Below the pieces are notes generated by a model that was not told the DNA's origin, did no database searches, and worked only from the letters and a program-made list of their open reading frames with translations. 44,468 nucleotides of DNA from an uncultured Tangfeifania sp. GTDB lineage: Bacteria > Bacteroidota > Bacteroidia > Bacteroidales > Prolixibacteraceae. Made by a program: the position numbers and the translations under genes. Below, one piece after another: positions 26,273 to 35,820 of the stretch (positions within the stretch are counted from its first letter, which is position 1; the number at the start of each line of letters is the position of its first letter). The stretch covers positions 3,269 through 47,736 of the forward strand of contig CAZVTL010000001.1 of NCBI GenBank assembly GCA_964630075.1, written 5' to 3'.

Positions 26273-27850
26273 ATGAATAAGACCAGAAAATTGTTTTTAA
26301 CCTTTGTGCTTTCCATCGCATGGACAATTGGCCTCCGAGTTGTTGGCAACAGCATTGAACGATATGCTCCCTCTTCCTCGAACGATAAGGAAATCTGCAC
26401 GCCAGCCCCACTGAAGTCCCCCCGTATCAACGGCCCCCTTGTATACGGGTGCAGACCTGGCAATCCTCTCCTCTACAGGATTCCTTGCCAGGGAGAACGC
26501 CCCATCCGTTTTTCGGCAAAAGGGTTGCCAAGTGGCCTAAAGCTGGATGCGGAAACAGGAATTGTAACCGGAACAGCCCCCGCAAAAGGGGAATACCAGG
26601 TAGTTTTTCATGCAACCAACGCCAAAGGCAAAAGCAAAAGGAGCTTTAAGATCGTTGCAGGTGAAGAGCTTTCATTGACCCCTCCAATGGGCTGGAACTC
26701 CTGGTATGTCCACTACAACAGGATCGACGACAAAACCATGCGCCAGGCAGCAGACGCCATGATCTCTAGCGGAATGGCAGATGTTGGCTACCAGTACGTC
26801 AACATCGACGACTGCTGGATGAATGCAGAAAAGACCCTCAAATACATGCAGGATACCACTCGTGTAGGTCCTTTGCGTGACAGTGCCGGAGAGATTCTCC
26901 CCAACATCCACTTTCCTGACATGAAGGGAATGACAGATTACATCCATGCCAAAGGCCTTAAAACTGGCATCTATACCTCACCGGGCCCAAATACCTGCTG
27001 CGGTCTGGCCGGATCCTATGGCCACGAAGAACAGGATGCTGCCCGCTTTGCCGCATGGGGCTTTGACTTTCTGAAATACGACTGGTGCTCCTATTCAAGG
27101 ATTGCAGGGAAAGAACCGTCGCTGGAGGCCATGCAGAAGCCTTACTTGCTGATGGGCGATGCATTGAAGAAACAACCACGGGATATCATTTACAACCTAT
27201 GCCAATATGGGATGGGCAACGTATGGGAATGGGGAACAAAGGTCGGAGGTCATTGCTGGCGCACCGCCGGCGATCTTGGCTTCGAACTCGACCGATTCTT
27301 TGCCGTAGCACTAAAGAATGCAGAACATGGGGCCTATTCCAAACCTGGTTCCTGGAATGATCCCGACTACCTTCAGATCGGGATGTTCGGCTCCCAAATA
27401 GGTTCCACATTTACCCTTCCTCAACCTTGCAAACTTACGGCTGATGAACAGTATTCCTACATGTCGCTCTGGTGCCTGATGGCGGCGCCACTTATTTTCA
27501 GTGGGGATATGTCAAAACTGGATGATTTCACACTCAACATACTTTGCAATCCAGAAGTAATTGAAATTGATCAGGATCCGCTGGGGAAATGTGGAAAAGT
27601 TGTGATGCTGCCCAACGATTGCTTCCTGATGATCAAGGAGCTGGCCGATGGCTCCAAAGCAGTAGGACTGTTTAACCATGGCAAGACGGCAACAGAGATT
27701 ACGGCAGATTGGAATGCCTTGCAGCTTAGCGGCAAACAAACCGTCCGTGACCTTTGGCGCCAAAAAGAGCTGGGAAAATTCAATGAAAAATACAGTGCAC
27801 TGGTTCCTGTCCAGGGAGTGGTGATGCTGAAAATCACCAACCTGAAATAA
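26273..27850 (+). CDS. GH27 alpha-galactosidase with N-terminal Ig-like domain
   Basis: Signal peptide present. The Ig-like segment is FSAKGLPSGLKLDAETGIVTGTAP. GH27 blocks PPMGWNSWY, YQYVNIDDCW, GIYTSPG and FDFLKYDWC are present. Confidence 0.85.
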   Translation: MNKTRKLFLTFVLSIAWTIGLRVVGNSIERYAPSSSNDKEICTPAPLKSPRINGPLVYGCRPGNPLLYRIPCQGERPIRFSAKGLPSGLKLDAETGIVTGTAPAKGEYQVVFHATNAKGKSKRSFKIVAGEELSLTPPMGWNSWYVHYNRIDDKTMRQAADAMISSGMADVGYQYVNIDDCWMNAEKTLKYMQDTTRVGPLRDSAGEILPNIHFPDMKGMTDYIHAKGLKTGIYTSPGPNTCCGLAGSYGHEEQDAARFAAWGFDFLKYDWCSYSRIAGKEPSLEAMQKPYLLMGDALKKQPRDIIYNLCQYGMGNVWEWGTKVGGHCWRTAGDLGFELDRFFAVALKNAEHGAYSKPGSWNDPDYLQIGMFGSQIGSTFTLPQPCKLTADEQYSYMSLWCLMAAPLIFSGDMSKLDDFTLNILCNPEVIEIDQDPLGKCGKVVMLPNDCFLMIKELADGSKAVGLFNHGKTATEITADWNALQLSGKQTVRDLWRQKELGKFNEKYSALVPVQGVVMLKITNLK

Positions 27851-27867
27851 CTCAGTTTAATAAAATC

Positions 27868-30800
27868 ATGGACACAATTGACAAGGATCCATTCTCCACC
27901 TGTTCAGAATGGAAAGGGGAAGCTTTAGCTTCAGCCTGGTACGAAAAAGTGGTCATCCCAACCTATGGCATTGGAAAAGCTGAAAAGAATCCGATGTTCC
28001 TGGAAAACCGTGTCTACCAGGGCAGCAGCGGTGTAGTCTACCCTCACCCTGTCATCGAAAAAATTTTGGACAAAAAGGAAGACCGTGAATGGAGTGCCAT
28101 CTTCCTGGAAAACCAATACCTGAAAATAATGATCCTCCCTGAGTTGGGAGGCAGGATCCAGATGGCCTGGGACAAAACCAAACAGCGCCATTTTGTCTAT
28201 TACAACCAGGTAATCAAACCTGCCCTTGTAGGATTAACAGGTCCCTGGATATCGGGGGGCATTGAGTTCAACTGGCCTCAACACCACCGCCCATCCACCT
28301 TCGAACCAGTCGACCACTTTATTGAAGAGAACCAGGATGGAAGTGTCACGGTATGGTGCAGCGAATTGGAAAGAATGTTCCGCACCCGCGGAATGGCTGG
28401 TTTTACCCTCTATCCGGACAAGGCATATCTCGAAATAAAAGTAAAACTATACAACCGCACCAACTTTCCGCAGACCTTCCTTTGGTGGGCCAATCCCGCT
28501 GTAAAAGTCAACGACCATTTCCAGTCCGTCTTTCCACCCGATGTACATGCGGTTTTCGACCATGGCAAAAGAGATGTGTCGGAATTTCCTGTAGCAAAGG
28601 GGAGCTACTACAAGGTCGATTATTCACCAGGAACAGATATTTCAAGGTATAAAAATATTCCGGTTCCCACCTCCTACATGGCGATCAACTCAAAATACAA
28701 TTTTGTCGGAGGTTACGAACACGATACACGAGGTGGATTGCTCCACATTGCCAACCACCATGTTTCCCCGGGAAAAAAGCAATGGACCTGGGGTCACAGC
28801 GATTTCGGCCAGGCCTGGGACCGCAACCTCACCGATGAAGATGGACCCTACATCGAACTGATGTGCGGCGTATATACCGACAACCAGCCCGATTTTTCCT
28901 GGCTGATGCCGGGAGAAGAAAAATCCTTCTCGCAATACTTTATGCCCTACCGGGATATCGGTGTGGTAAAAAATGCCACCAGGGAAGCCATGGTCAATTT
29001 GGAATTCACGATGGGGGAAATAATCATAAAGGCCTATACCACTTCCACATATCAGTCGGCTAGAATACTTCTGAAAACAGCAGACACGCTTCTTCTCGAA
29101 GAGTTGTTCGATTTCCATCCAGCTACTTCCTATCAAAAAACGGTTCCAAATTTGGAATCTGTCGACCCAAAACTGATCAAAATTGAAATCCTGACCTCCG
29201 GAAACAGGCTCCTTGTGGAGTGGCAACCTGAACCTGACCAGCAAAAACCACTCCCTGAAGCGGCCAAACCGGCCAGGCTCCCTTCAGAAATTGAGAGCAA
29301 CGATCAGCTATACCTCACCGCATTGCACCTTGAGCAGTACAGGCATGCCACCTACAATCCATGCGACTATTACCGCGAGGCCCTTAAAAGGGATCCAAAA
29401 GACACCCGATGCAACAATGCACTCGGCCTTTGGCAGTTGCGACGGGGTCAATTCAAACTGGCAGAGGAATACTTCCGTACGGCGGTTAGGGCAATTACCC
29501 AACGCAATCCCAATCCCATCGATGGAGAAGCCTTCTACAACCTGGGACTCTCCCAACTTTTCTTGGGAAAGGAGGAAGCAGCCTATAACTCCTTCTACAA
29601 ATCAACATGGAATGCAGCCTGGATGGAAAACAGCTATTTTCAGCTGGCCAGGATCGCCGCGAAAAGAGGCTGCTGGGAGGAGGGATTGGAACTCATCGAC
29701 CGCTCCCTCATCCGTAACTGGCACAACCACAAGGCCAGACAACTGAAAGTAAGCATCCTGAGAAAACTTGGCAGAAAGGCCGATGCAATGGCACTGACTG
29801 AAGCATCATTAAAACTGGATCCGTTTAATTTTGGTCTCCTGTTTGAAGAACACCTACTCCTGTCCAACAGTGCAAAATACCTGTCCGTTTTAACATCAAG
29901 AATGAGTGGAAACATCCATACTTACATCGAATTTGCACTCGATTTTGCAGCAGCCGGTCTTTTTGATGAAGCCATCGAACTGATTGATTTGGGAATCCGG
30001 GAGCAAGAGGGCCATCCGGTTTATCCAATGGCCTGGTATTTCAAAGCTTGGTTCAGCGAGCAGAAAGGCAACCCCGGAGATGCTTCTGCCGCGCTGCAAG
30101 CCGCTGCTATAGCTTCGCCTGATTATTGCTTTCCCCACCAACCCGAGGCTGTAGTCGTGCTGGAATGGGCCAAAAAGAAAAATCCTGCCGATGCCAAGGC
30201 TCCCTATTACCTGGGCAATCTCTGGTACCACCACCGTCAATATGCAGAAGCCATCGAAAACTTTGAATTATCAGCCAGGCTTGACAACAATTTTCCAACC
30301 GTTCACAGAAACCTGGCCCTTGCCAGTTTCAACAAACAGAATGACCCGGTAAAGGCACTGGCTGAACTTGAACAAGCCTTCCGCCTGGATCCTTCGGACG
30401 CGAGGATCCTGATGGAACTTGATCAATTGCACAAACGGTTAAATTTCCCTCCCGAAACTCGATTTGATAGGTTAAGCCAATATCCGCATCTGGTTGATTT
30501 CAGGGATGATCTTTATTTGGAGCAGATCACCCTATTGAACACCCTCGGTAACTACGAGAAGGCCCTTGAACTCATCTCTTCCCGCAAATTCCATCCCTGG
30601 GAGGGAGGCGAAGGAAAAGTCACTTCCCAATATGTATACAGCCTGACAGAGTTGGGCAAACAGGCCATCGCAGCAAAGAGGTATGAGGAGGCCGTATCCA
30701 GACTGCAAGCAGCCTTCATTTATCCTGACAATCTCGGGGAAGGAAAACTCTTTGGAGCACAGGAGAATGCCCTGTTCTATTGGCTGGGTTGTGCTTACAT

Positions 30801-31146
30801 GGGTTTGGGAAATACAATCCTGGCACAGGAATGCTGGTCAAAAGCTTCCAATGGGATCCTTGAACCCCTCCCTGCCATCTTTTACAACGACCAGCAACCC
30901 GATACCATTTTCTACCAGGGGCTCGCCTTCATCGAACTCAATCAGCCGGAGAAAGCAAGGCAACGATTCGAAACCCTGGTAAATTTTGGTGCGCAACACC
31001 TGAACGATCCATTCAAACTCGACTATTTTGCCGTTTCCATGCCAGACCTGCAAATATGGAATGATGACCTGACAAAGCGGAACAGGCAAAATTGCATGCG
31101 TTTGATTGAATTGGGCAGGGAAGGACTCCGGCAACTCAAAGATTAA
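27868..31146 (+). CDS. DUF5107-domain protein with C-terminal TPR repeats (1092 aa), cytoplasmic
   Basis: No signal peptide. The N-terminal block LPELGGRIQMAWDKT...GPWISGGIEFNWPQHHRPSTF is as I remember it for DUF5107 proteins (mutarotase-like). The C-terminal ~600 aa are repeated TPR-like helices. Confidence 0.6.
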   Translation: MDTIDKDPFSTCSEWKGEALASAWYEKVVIPTYGIGKAEKNPMFLENRVYQGSSGVVYPHPVIEKILDKKEDREWSAIFLENQYLKIMILPELGGRIQMAWDKTKQRHFVYYNQVIKPALVGLTGPWISGGIEFNWPQHHRPSTFEPVDHFIEENQDGSVTVWCSELERMFRTRGMAGFTLYPDKAYLEIKVKLYNRTNFPQTFLWWANPAVKVNDHFQSVFPPDVHAVFDHGKRDVSEFPVAKGSYYKVDYSPGTDISRYKNIPVPTSYMAINSKYNFVGGYEHDTRGGLLHIANHHVSPGKKQWTWGHSDFGQAWDRNLTDEDGPYIELMCGVYTDNQPDFSWLMPGEEKSFSQYFMPYRDIGVVKNATREAMVNLEFTMGEIIIKAYTTSTYQSARILLKTADTLLLEELFDFHPATSYQKTVPNLESVDPKLIKIEILTSGNRLLVEWQPEPDQQKPLPEAAKPARLPSEIESNDQLYLTALHLEQYRHATYNPCDYYREALKRDPKDTRCNNALGLWQLRRGQFKLAEEYFRTAVRAITQRNPNPIDGEAFYNLGLSQLFLGKEEAAYNSFYKSTWNAAWMENSYFQLARIAAKRGCWEEGLELIDRSLIRNWHNHKARQLKVSILRKLGRKADAMALTEASLKLDPFNFGLLFEEHLLLSNSAKYLSVLTSRMSGNIHTYIEFALDFAAAGLFDEAIELIDLGIREQEGHPVYPMAWYFKAWFSEQKGNPGDASAALQAAAIASPDYCFPHQPEAVVVLEWAKKKNPADAKAPYYLGNLWYHHRQYAEAIENFELSARLDNNFPTVHRNLALASFNKQNDPVKALAELEQAFRLDPSDARILMELDQLHKRLNFPPETRFDRLSQYPHLVDFRDDLYLEQITLLNTLGNYEKALELISSRKFHPWEGGEGKVTSQYVYSLTELGKQAIAAKRYEEAVSRLQAAFIYPDNLGEGKLFGAQENALFYWLGCAYMGLGNTILAQECWSKASNGILEPLPAIFYNDQQPDTIFYQGLAFIELNQPEKARQRFETLVNFGAQHLNDPFKLDYFAVSMPDLQIWNDDLTKRNRQNCMRLIELGREGLRQLKD

Positions 31147-31175
31147 ACTACCTCCTTACCAGGAAAGTCAATCCA

Positions 31176-33377
31176 TCATCTTCCTCCGGGTGGACAGTTC
31201 TCCAACAGGAATTTCTTGCTGATGGTGGAAAGATGTTGTGAAGTCCCTTCCCCCTCATAAATTCCGTGCGACCGCATGGGATAGGCCATCATCTGAAATG
31301 GCTTGTTGAAGCGAATCAGTTCATTGAATAGTTTCTCTGCATTGGCAAAATGGACATTGTCATCCCCGGTACCATGAATAACCAACAGGTTTCCCTTCAG
31401 GTTCTTGGCATGGGTATAGGGGGATCCGGCGATAAAATCCTCCCTCGTCTCGGCTGGTATTCCCATGTATCGTTCCTGGTAAGCATTGTCGTAAGCCAGC
31501 TGGTTGGCTACGGCGGCAACGGCAATTCCTGTCTTGAAGATTTCAGGGTACTGGAACATGAGGTTCAAGGTGGAGGATCCACCTCCACTCCAGCCGTGCA
31601 CTGCCACCCTGCTGGTATCGCAAAAACTCCATTTAAGCACCTCCTTGGCACCCATGGCCATATCGCGTATATTCAAACGGCCTACCTGACGGTAGATCGA
31701 TTTCCGCCAGTCGCGGCCGCGGGGAGCCATACTGCCACGGCAATCTACCGACACATAGAGATATCCCATGTCGGCGACATTGCCGCCAAACTGTCCCGAC
31801 CTTCCCAGTCTTGAGTTGTCGAAAACCGTACATCCCCATGGTTCCCCATAAACATAAAAGAATACGGGATATTTCTTCGCAGGATCAAAATCCTTGGGCT
31901 TGGCCATCCATCCATCCAGCGTCACTCCATCTTCGGTGGTAACCTTAAAAAAGGAGATTTGCTTGCCAAAAGGATCCTCCTTTAAATTATTCTCCAGGCT
32001 TTTTGCAGGATCAATAGGTTTGTGGTCTGGCAATGCCACCCATTCAGAACCTGGCTGATATTGATAACCAGAGAAGGAGTGCCTGCTCCATTTCCCGTTG
32101 GGAGAAACCAGGTAATCGTTGGTCCCCGTAAATTTTGCCGGGGTAATCCGCCAGGGAATGGTGCTTCCATCCAGTTTTGTTGCAAAAAGATAACGCTGGG
32201 TTGCATTTTCGGGAGTTGCGGCAAAATAGACCAGGTTGTTGGGCTCATCGATCAGGTAAAGTTTGATAACATCGAAATTTCCTTTCGTGATGATATTTTC
32301 CTTCCCATCCATCCCGATGCGGTAGAGGTGTCGCCATCCATCCTTTTCACTGGCCCAGACAAATGCCTTTCCTCCTTCTATCCAATTCCAGCCAACGTTG
32401 GTGTTGGTATTCCAAGTCGCCTCAAGATCAACCCAAGCCTTGTCTGTATCGCTCCACAACACCCTGCATTTGCCATCGTTGCTATTCGCCAGCCAGATTT
32501 TTGAGACATTCTGCTTGCGGTTGAGCTGTTGGAGAATCAATTCGCTGTTCGAAGACCATTCCATCTTGGTGAGGTAATGCTGCCGGGGGTCTCCTTCTAC
32601 ATCCATCCATTTTGTTTGACCAGTAGCAACAGTTACCACACCAACCTTGACTGGAGAAGGATCTTCTCCCGCCTTGGGATACTCAACGGGTACCGTAAAG
32701 GAATAGGTCGAATCGGTGGTATTCAGCATCAGGTAATTTCGGACTTTTGATGCATCGACGTTCCAAAAGGCAATCCGGGTTCCATCCGGACTCCACCTGA
32801 AACCATCGGTGCAAAACAACTCTTCGGCATAAACCCAATCAAATGTGCCGTTGAGGATACGGTCTTCGGTACTGAATGTCAACTGTTTGACCTTACCACT
32901 CTTCACCTCTTCAACATACAGATTGTACACCACCCTTTGATTGGAACGGTCCTGATAGACATAGGCTACGCTTTTAGCGTCCGGAGAGAATTTCGGATAC
33001 ATGAGACATTCAGGTTGCAGACTTTTACCCAATTGGACAATCTCTCCCTTTTCTGAATTGTAAACCCATACCTCACCCGTAGTCTTGTGGTATTTTGTTT
33101 TCGTATTTATTTTCAGTAAAACGCTCCTGTTATCCTTTGAAAACAAGAAGGAAGAGATGGTTCGGGGTTGCTTTTCATCCCTTGGTATCAGCTTGTCCAA
33201 ATCAAACAAAACTTTTTTGGACATGGAAGGCAGTTCTGTCACAGCAATGGTGTATTTTTCCAACGAAGCATAGCTGTTGCCATCGGGCATCCAGGTTACT
33301 CCTCCCATCCCGAAGGGTTGGGCCATTGAAACAGTTGCCATTGCAATAAATAGGCTCAGCAAAAGAATTCTTTTCAT
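31176..33377 (-). CDS. S9B-family dipeptidyl peptidase IV-like serine peptidase
   Basis: Signal peptide MKRILLLSLFIAMATVSMAQ. The N-terminus is a DPPIV-type propeller. Catalytic triad blocks are HGWSGGG (Ser), HGTGDDNVH (Asp) and MRSHGI (His). Confidence 0.85.
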   Translation of the reverse strand: MKRILLLSLFIAMATVSMAQPFGMGGVTWMPDGNSYASLEKYTIAVTELPSMSKKVLFDLDKLIPRDEKQPRTISSFLFSKDNRSVLLKINTKTKYHKTTGEVWVYNSEKGEIVQLGKSLQPECLMYPKFSPDAKSVAYVYQDRSNQRVVYNLYVEEVKSGKVKQLTFSTEDRILNGTFDWVYAEELFCTDGFRWSPDGTRIAFWNVDASKVRNYLMLNTTDSTYSFTVPVEYPKAGEDPSPVKVGVVTVATGQTKWMDVEGDPRQHYLTKMEWSSNSELILQQLNRKQNVSKIWLANSNDGKCRVLWSDTDKAWVDLEATWNTNTNVGWNWIEGGKAFVWASEKDGWRHLYRIGMDGKENIITKGNFDVIKLYLIDEPNNLVYFAATPENATQRYLFATKLDGSTIPWRITPAKFTGTNDYLVSPNGKWSRHSFSGYQYQPGSEWVALPDHKPIDPAKSLENNLKEDPFGKQISFFKVTTEDGVTLDGWMAKPKDFDPAKKYPVFFYVYGEPWGCTVFDNSRLGRSGQFGGNVADMGYLYVSVDCRGSMAPRGRDWRKSIYRQVGRLNIRDMAMGAKEVLKWSFCDTSRVAVHGWSGGGSSTLNLMFQYPEIFKTGIAVAAVANQLAYDNAYQERYMGIPAETREDFIAGSPYTHAKNLKGNLLVIHGTGDDNVHFANAEKLFNELIRFNKPFQMMAYPMRSHGIYEGEGTSQHLSTISKKFLLENCPPGGR

Positions 33378-33433
33378 ATGATGTAGTACTAGTGTGTGGT
33401 GAATATGGAAATTTGATACGGATCAATGGTTGT

Positions 33434-34498
33434 TCATGGCTTGGCCCTGATATATTGGGGAGGCCAAACAATTTCATCCTTCAATTCAGCTGCAGCTTTT
33501 AAAGGAAAGTAAGGCTCCCTAAGCGATTCACGTCCGAACATGATAAGGTCTGCGGCCCCACGCTCCAGAATCTCTTCAGCCTGCAAGGGATCTGTAATCA
33601 GACCCACAGCACTGGTAAGAATCCCGGTCTCTTTTCGGATCCTTTCGGCAAACTTCACCTGGAAGCCCGGCCCCACTGGTATTTTAACATCCGGGAGCAA
33701 TCCTCCGGAAGAACAATCGATGAGGTCAACACCCCGCTGCATTAAAATAGCTGAAAGTTTGACCGCCTCATCCGGATTCCAGCCATCCGATGCCCAGTCA
33801 GTAGCAGAGATCCGGACAAACAGGGGAAGATCCTGTGGCCATACACCTTGAACCCCATCCAGAATCTCAAGCAAGAGTCGAATCCTGTTATCAAAACTAC
33901 CGCCATAACCATCCCTCCTGTGGTTACTAAGCGGAGAGAGGAATTGGTGTACGAGGTATCCATGTGCAGCATGTATATCCAGCAACTGGTAGCCTGATTC
34001 CAAAGCCCGTATGGCTGATGTGGTAAAATCTGCTACAACTTTTTGTATTCCAACAATATCCAATACAGCCGACACTTCATCTGTTGCATAAAAAGGATGA
34101 GCCGATGGGGCTACTGTCGACCATCCTCCCTTTCCAGGGTGGATTTGCCTACCCCCTTTCCAGGGTTCAGAGCAAGATGCTTTCCTTCCGGCATGGGCCA
34201 GTTGAATCCCTGGAACCGAACCTTGTTCCCGAATGAATGAGGTGATCTGTTTCAATTTCACAATATGCCCGGGTTCGTACAATCCCAAATCACCTGGGGT
34301 AATCCGTCCTTCGGGAGAGACTGCAGTAGCCTCCTGAATGATCAATCCTGCACCACCGACAGCGCGGCTGCCCATATGCACCAAATGCCAGTCATTGGCG
34401 AATCCATTCACTGCGCTGTATTGGCACATGGGTGAAATGGCCATCCTGTTTTTCAAGGTGACACTTTTAAGGCAGAGCGGAGAGAGTAATTTTGACAT
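33434..34498 (-). CDS. namA: NADPH:flavin oxidoreductase, Old Yellow Enzyme YqjM/NamA type
   Basis: Start moved to ATG 34498 (MSKLLSPL...). LKNRMAISPMCQYSA, GLIIQEATAV.PEGRIT and IQLAHAGRKA closely match YqjM-type OYE blocks. Confidence 0.85.
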   Translation of the reverse strand: MSKLLSPLCLKSVTLKNRMAISPMCQYSAVNGFANDWHLVHMGSRAVGGAGLIIQEATAVSPEGRITPGDLGLYEPGHIVKLKQITSFIREQGSVPGIQLAHAGRKASCSEPWKGGRQIHPGKGGWSTVAPSAHPFYATDEVSAVLDIVGIQKVVADFTTSAIRALESGYQLLDIHAAHGYLVHQFLSPLSNHRRDGYGGSFDNRIRLLLEILDGVQGVWPQDLPLFVRISATDWASDGWNPDEAVKLSAILMQRGVDLIDCSSGGLLPDVKIPVGPGFQVKFAERIRKETGILTSAVGLITDPLQAEEILERGAADLIMFGRESLREPYFPLKAAAELKDEIVWPPQYIRAKP

Positions 34499-35155
34499 AA
34501 GCAAGTATTGGTCTACCAAATATTATGAAGGTTATTTGAATGCGAAAATAATCATTGTTTTAAGATGATAAACATGCACATTTGCATCGAATCATTTTAA
34601 ACGGAGCATGATATGCAAGATTATCACCCAATGATAAAAACAAAATCTACTACATTGATTATTTGATATTTAAACGATTTTACCCTTGCGATCATGTCAC
34701 AAAACGATACGATAAAAAACCAAGTTACCCAATAAAAACTATTTGCAATATTTTTGAGTCAGGTATCAAGCAGTAATTAAAAACTTTCAAAGAGTTTTTG
34801 TGTTGAGGCTGGTAACGAGATGATCAGATTAGATATCTTTTCAGTAAGGGAGGGAAGATATTTTCTGAGGTGATTCGAGTTATCAGCCTTAAATTTTTGT
34901 TCTTTGGAGATCCATTGAAATTCGCTACTTCCCTAGTCTCAAATGACATTTCCCTACCCTCCAATGGTGGGTTTCTTCCAAGAAAATCCTAAAAACAGCC
35001 ATCAATCTATTCATTTACACCGATGGAGCTGAATGTCATCAAGCTAAATAAATTAGAAAAGAAATCCCGACAAGTATTCAAATGAATCGGCCCTAAGTTG
35101 ATTCAATGGTTGAAATACCTGGGATTCTAGCCGGGATTAAGTGACCTTTGACGGT

Positions 35156-35791
35156 TTAGGTTACATCAATGATCCCTTTTGAAACTACGATCTTCACCAA
35201 CGTTGCCGTATTTTTGGCATTGAATTTAAGCAGCAGATTCTTGCGGTGGCTATCCACCGTAAAGGTGCTGATAAATAGATTATTGGCTATCTCCTGATTG
35301 GTCAGCCCATCTGCTATCAACTTCAGAATTTCGCTCTCACGCCGCGTGATCATCGGTAGGTCATTGCCAGAGTTTGGATTTCCTTTCATCAAATCCTTGA
35401 CTCCTTTGCCCAAATAGATCGACTTCCCGCTCAGCACATGTCGGATACCCCCCACAATATCATCAACATCAGAAGTTTTCAAAATAAACCCATCGGCCCC
35501 CTGCTCCAGCATTTTTTCAACAACATGGCGCTGCGCGATGGTAGTGATGGCAAGGATCTTTTGACCCGGGAAGCGGGATTTTGCAATCTTGCAAAACTCA
35601 ATTCCATTCATATCGGGCAAATTGAGATCCAAAAGAATTAAATCAAATCTGCTGCCATTCAGATGGGCCAATCCTTTTGCCGCATTCGAAGCAAGCAAAC
35701 ACTGAACATTCAGGTCGGATTCGGTAATTATCCTTTCCAGACTCTCACTAACAATCGGGTGGTCTTCAACAATCAGGATAAGTTGAGGCAT
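35156..35791 (-). CDS. LuxR/NarL-family response regulator
   Basis: Receiver domain (ILIVEDHPIV, DLILLDLNLPDMNG) plus LuxR HTH (TRRESEILKLIADGLTNQEIANNLFISTFTVDSHRKNLLLKF). It starts 29 nt after the kinase stop. Confidence 0.9.
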   Translation of the reverse strand: MPQLILIVEDHPIVSESLERIITESDLNVQCLLASNAAKGLAHLNGSRFDLILLDLNLPDMNGIEFCKIAKSRFPGQKILAITTIAQRHVVEKMLEQGADGFILKTSDVDDIVGGIRHVLSGKSIYLGKGVKDLMKGNPNSGNDLPMITRRESEILKLIADGLTNQEIANNLFISTFTVDSHRKNLLLKFNAKNTATLVKIVVSKGIIDVT

Positions 35792-35820
35792 AGGCGGTCA
35801 TTTTGTCTTCTGTTTCCGCC

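Noticed and set aside
34499-35155. Hidden small gene, riboswitch or pseudogene in the long spacer
   Set aside because: There is no ORF of 60 codons or more, no convincing hairpin-plus-U-tract and no repeat or motif I recognise. I cannot exclude an sRNA without expression data or a covariance-model search. I reported it only as a composition boundary.
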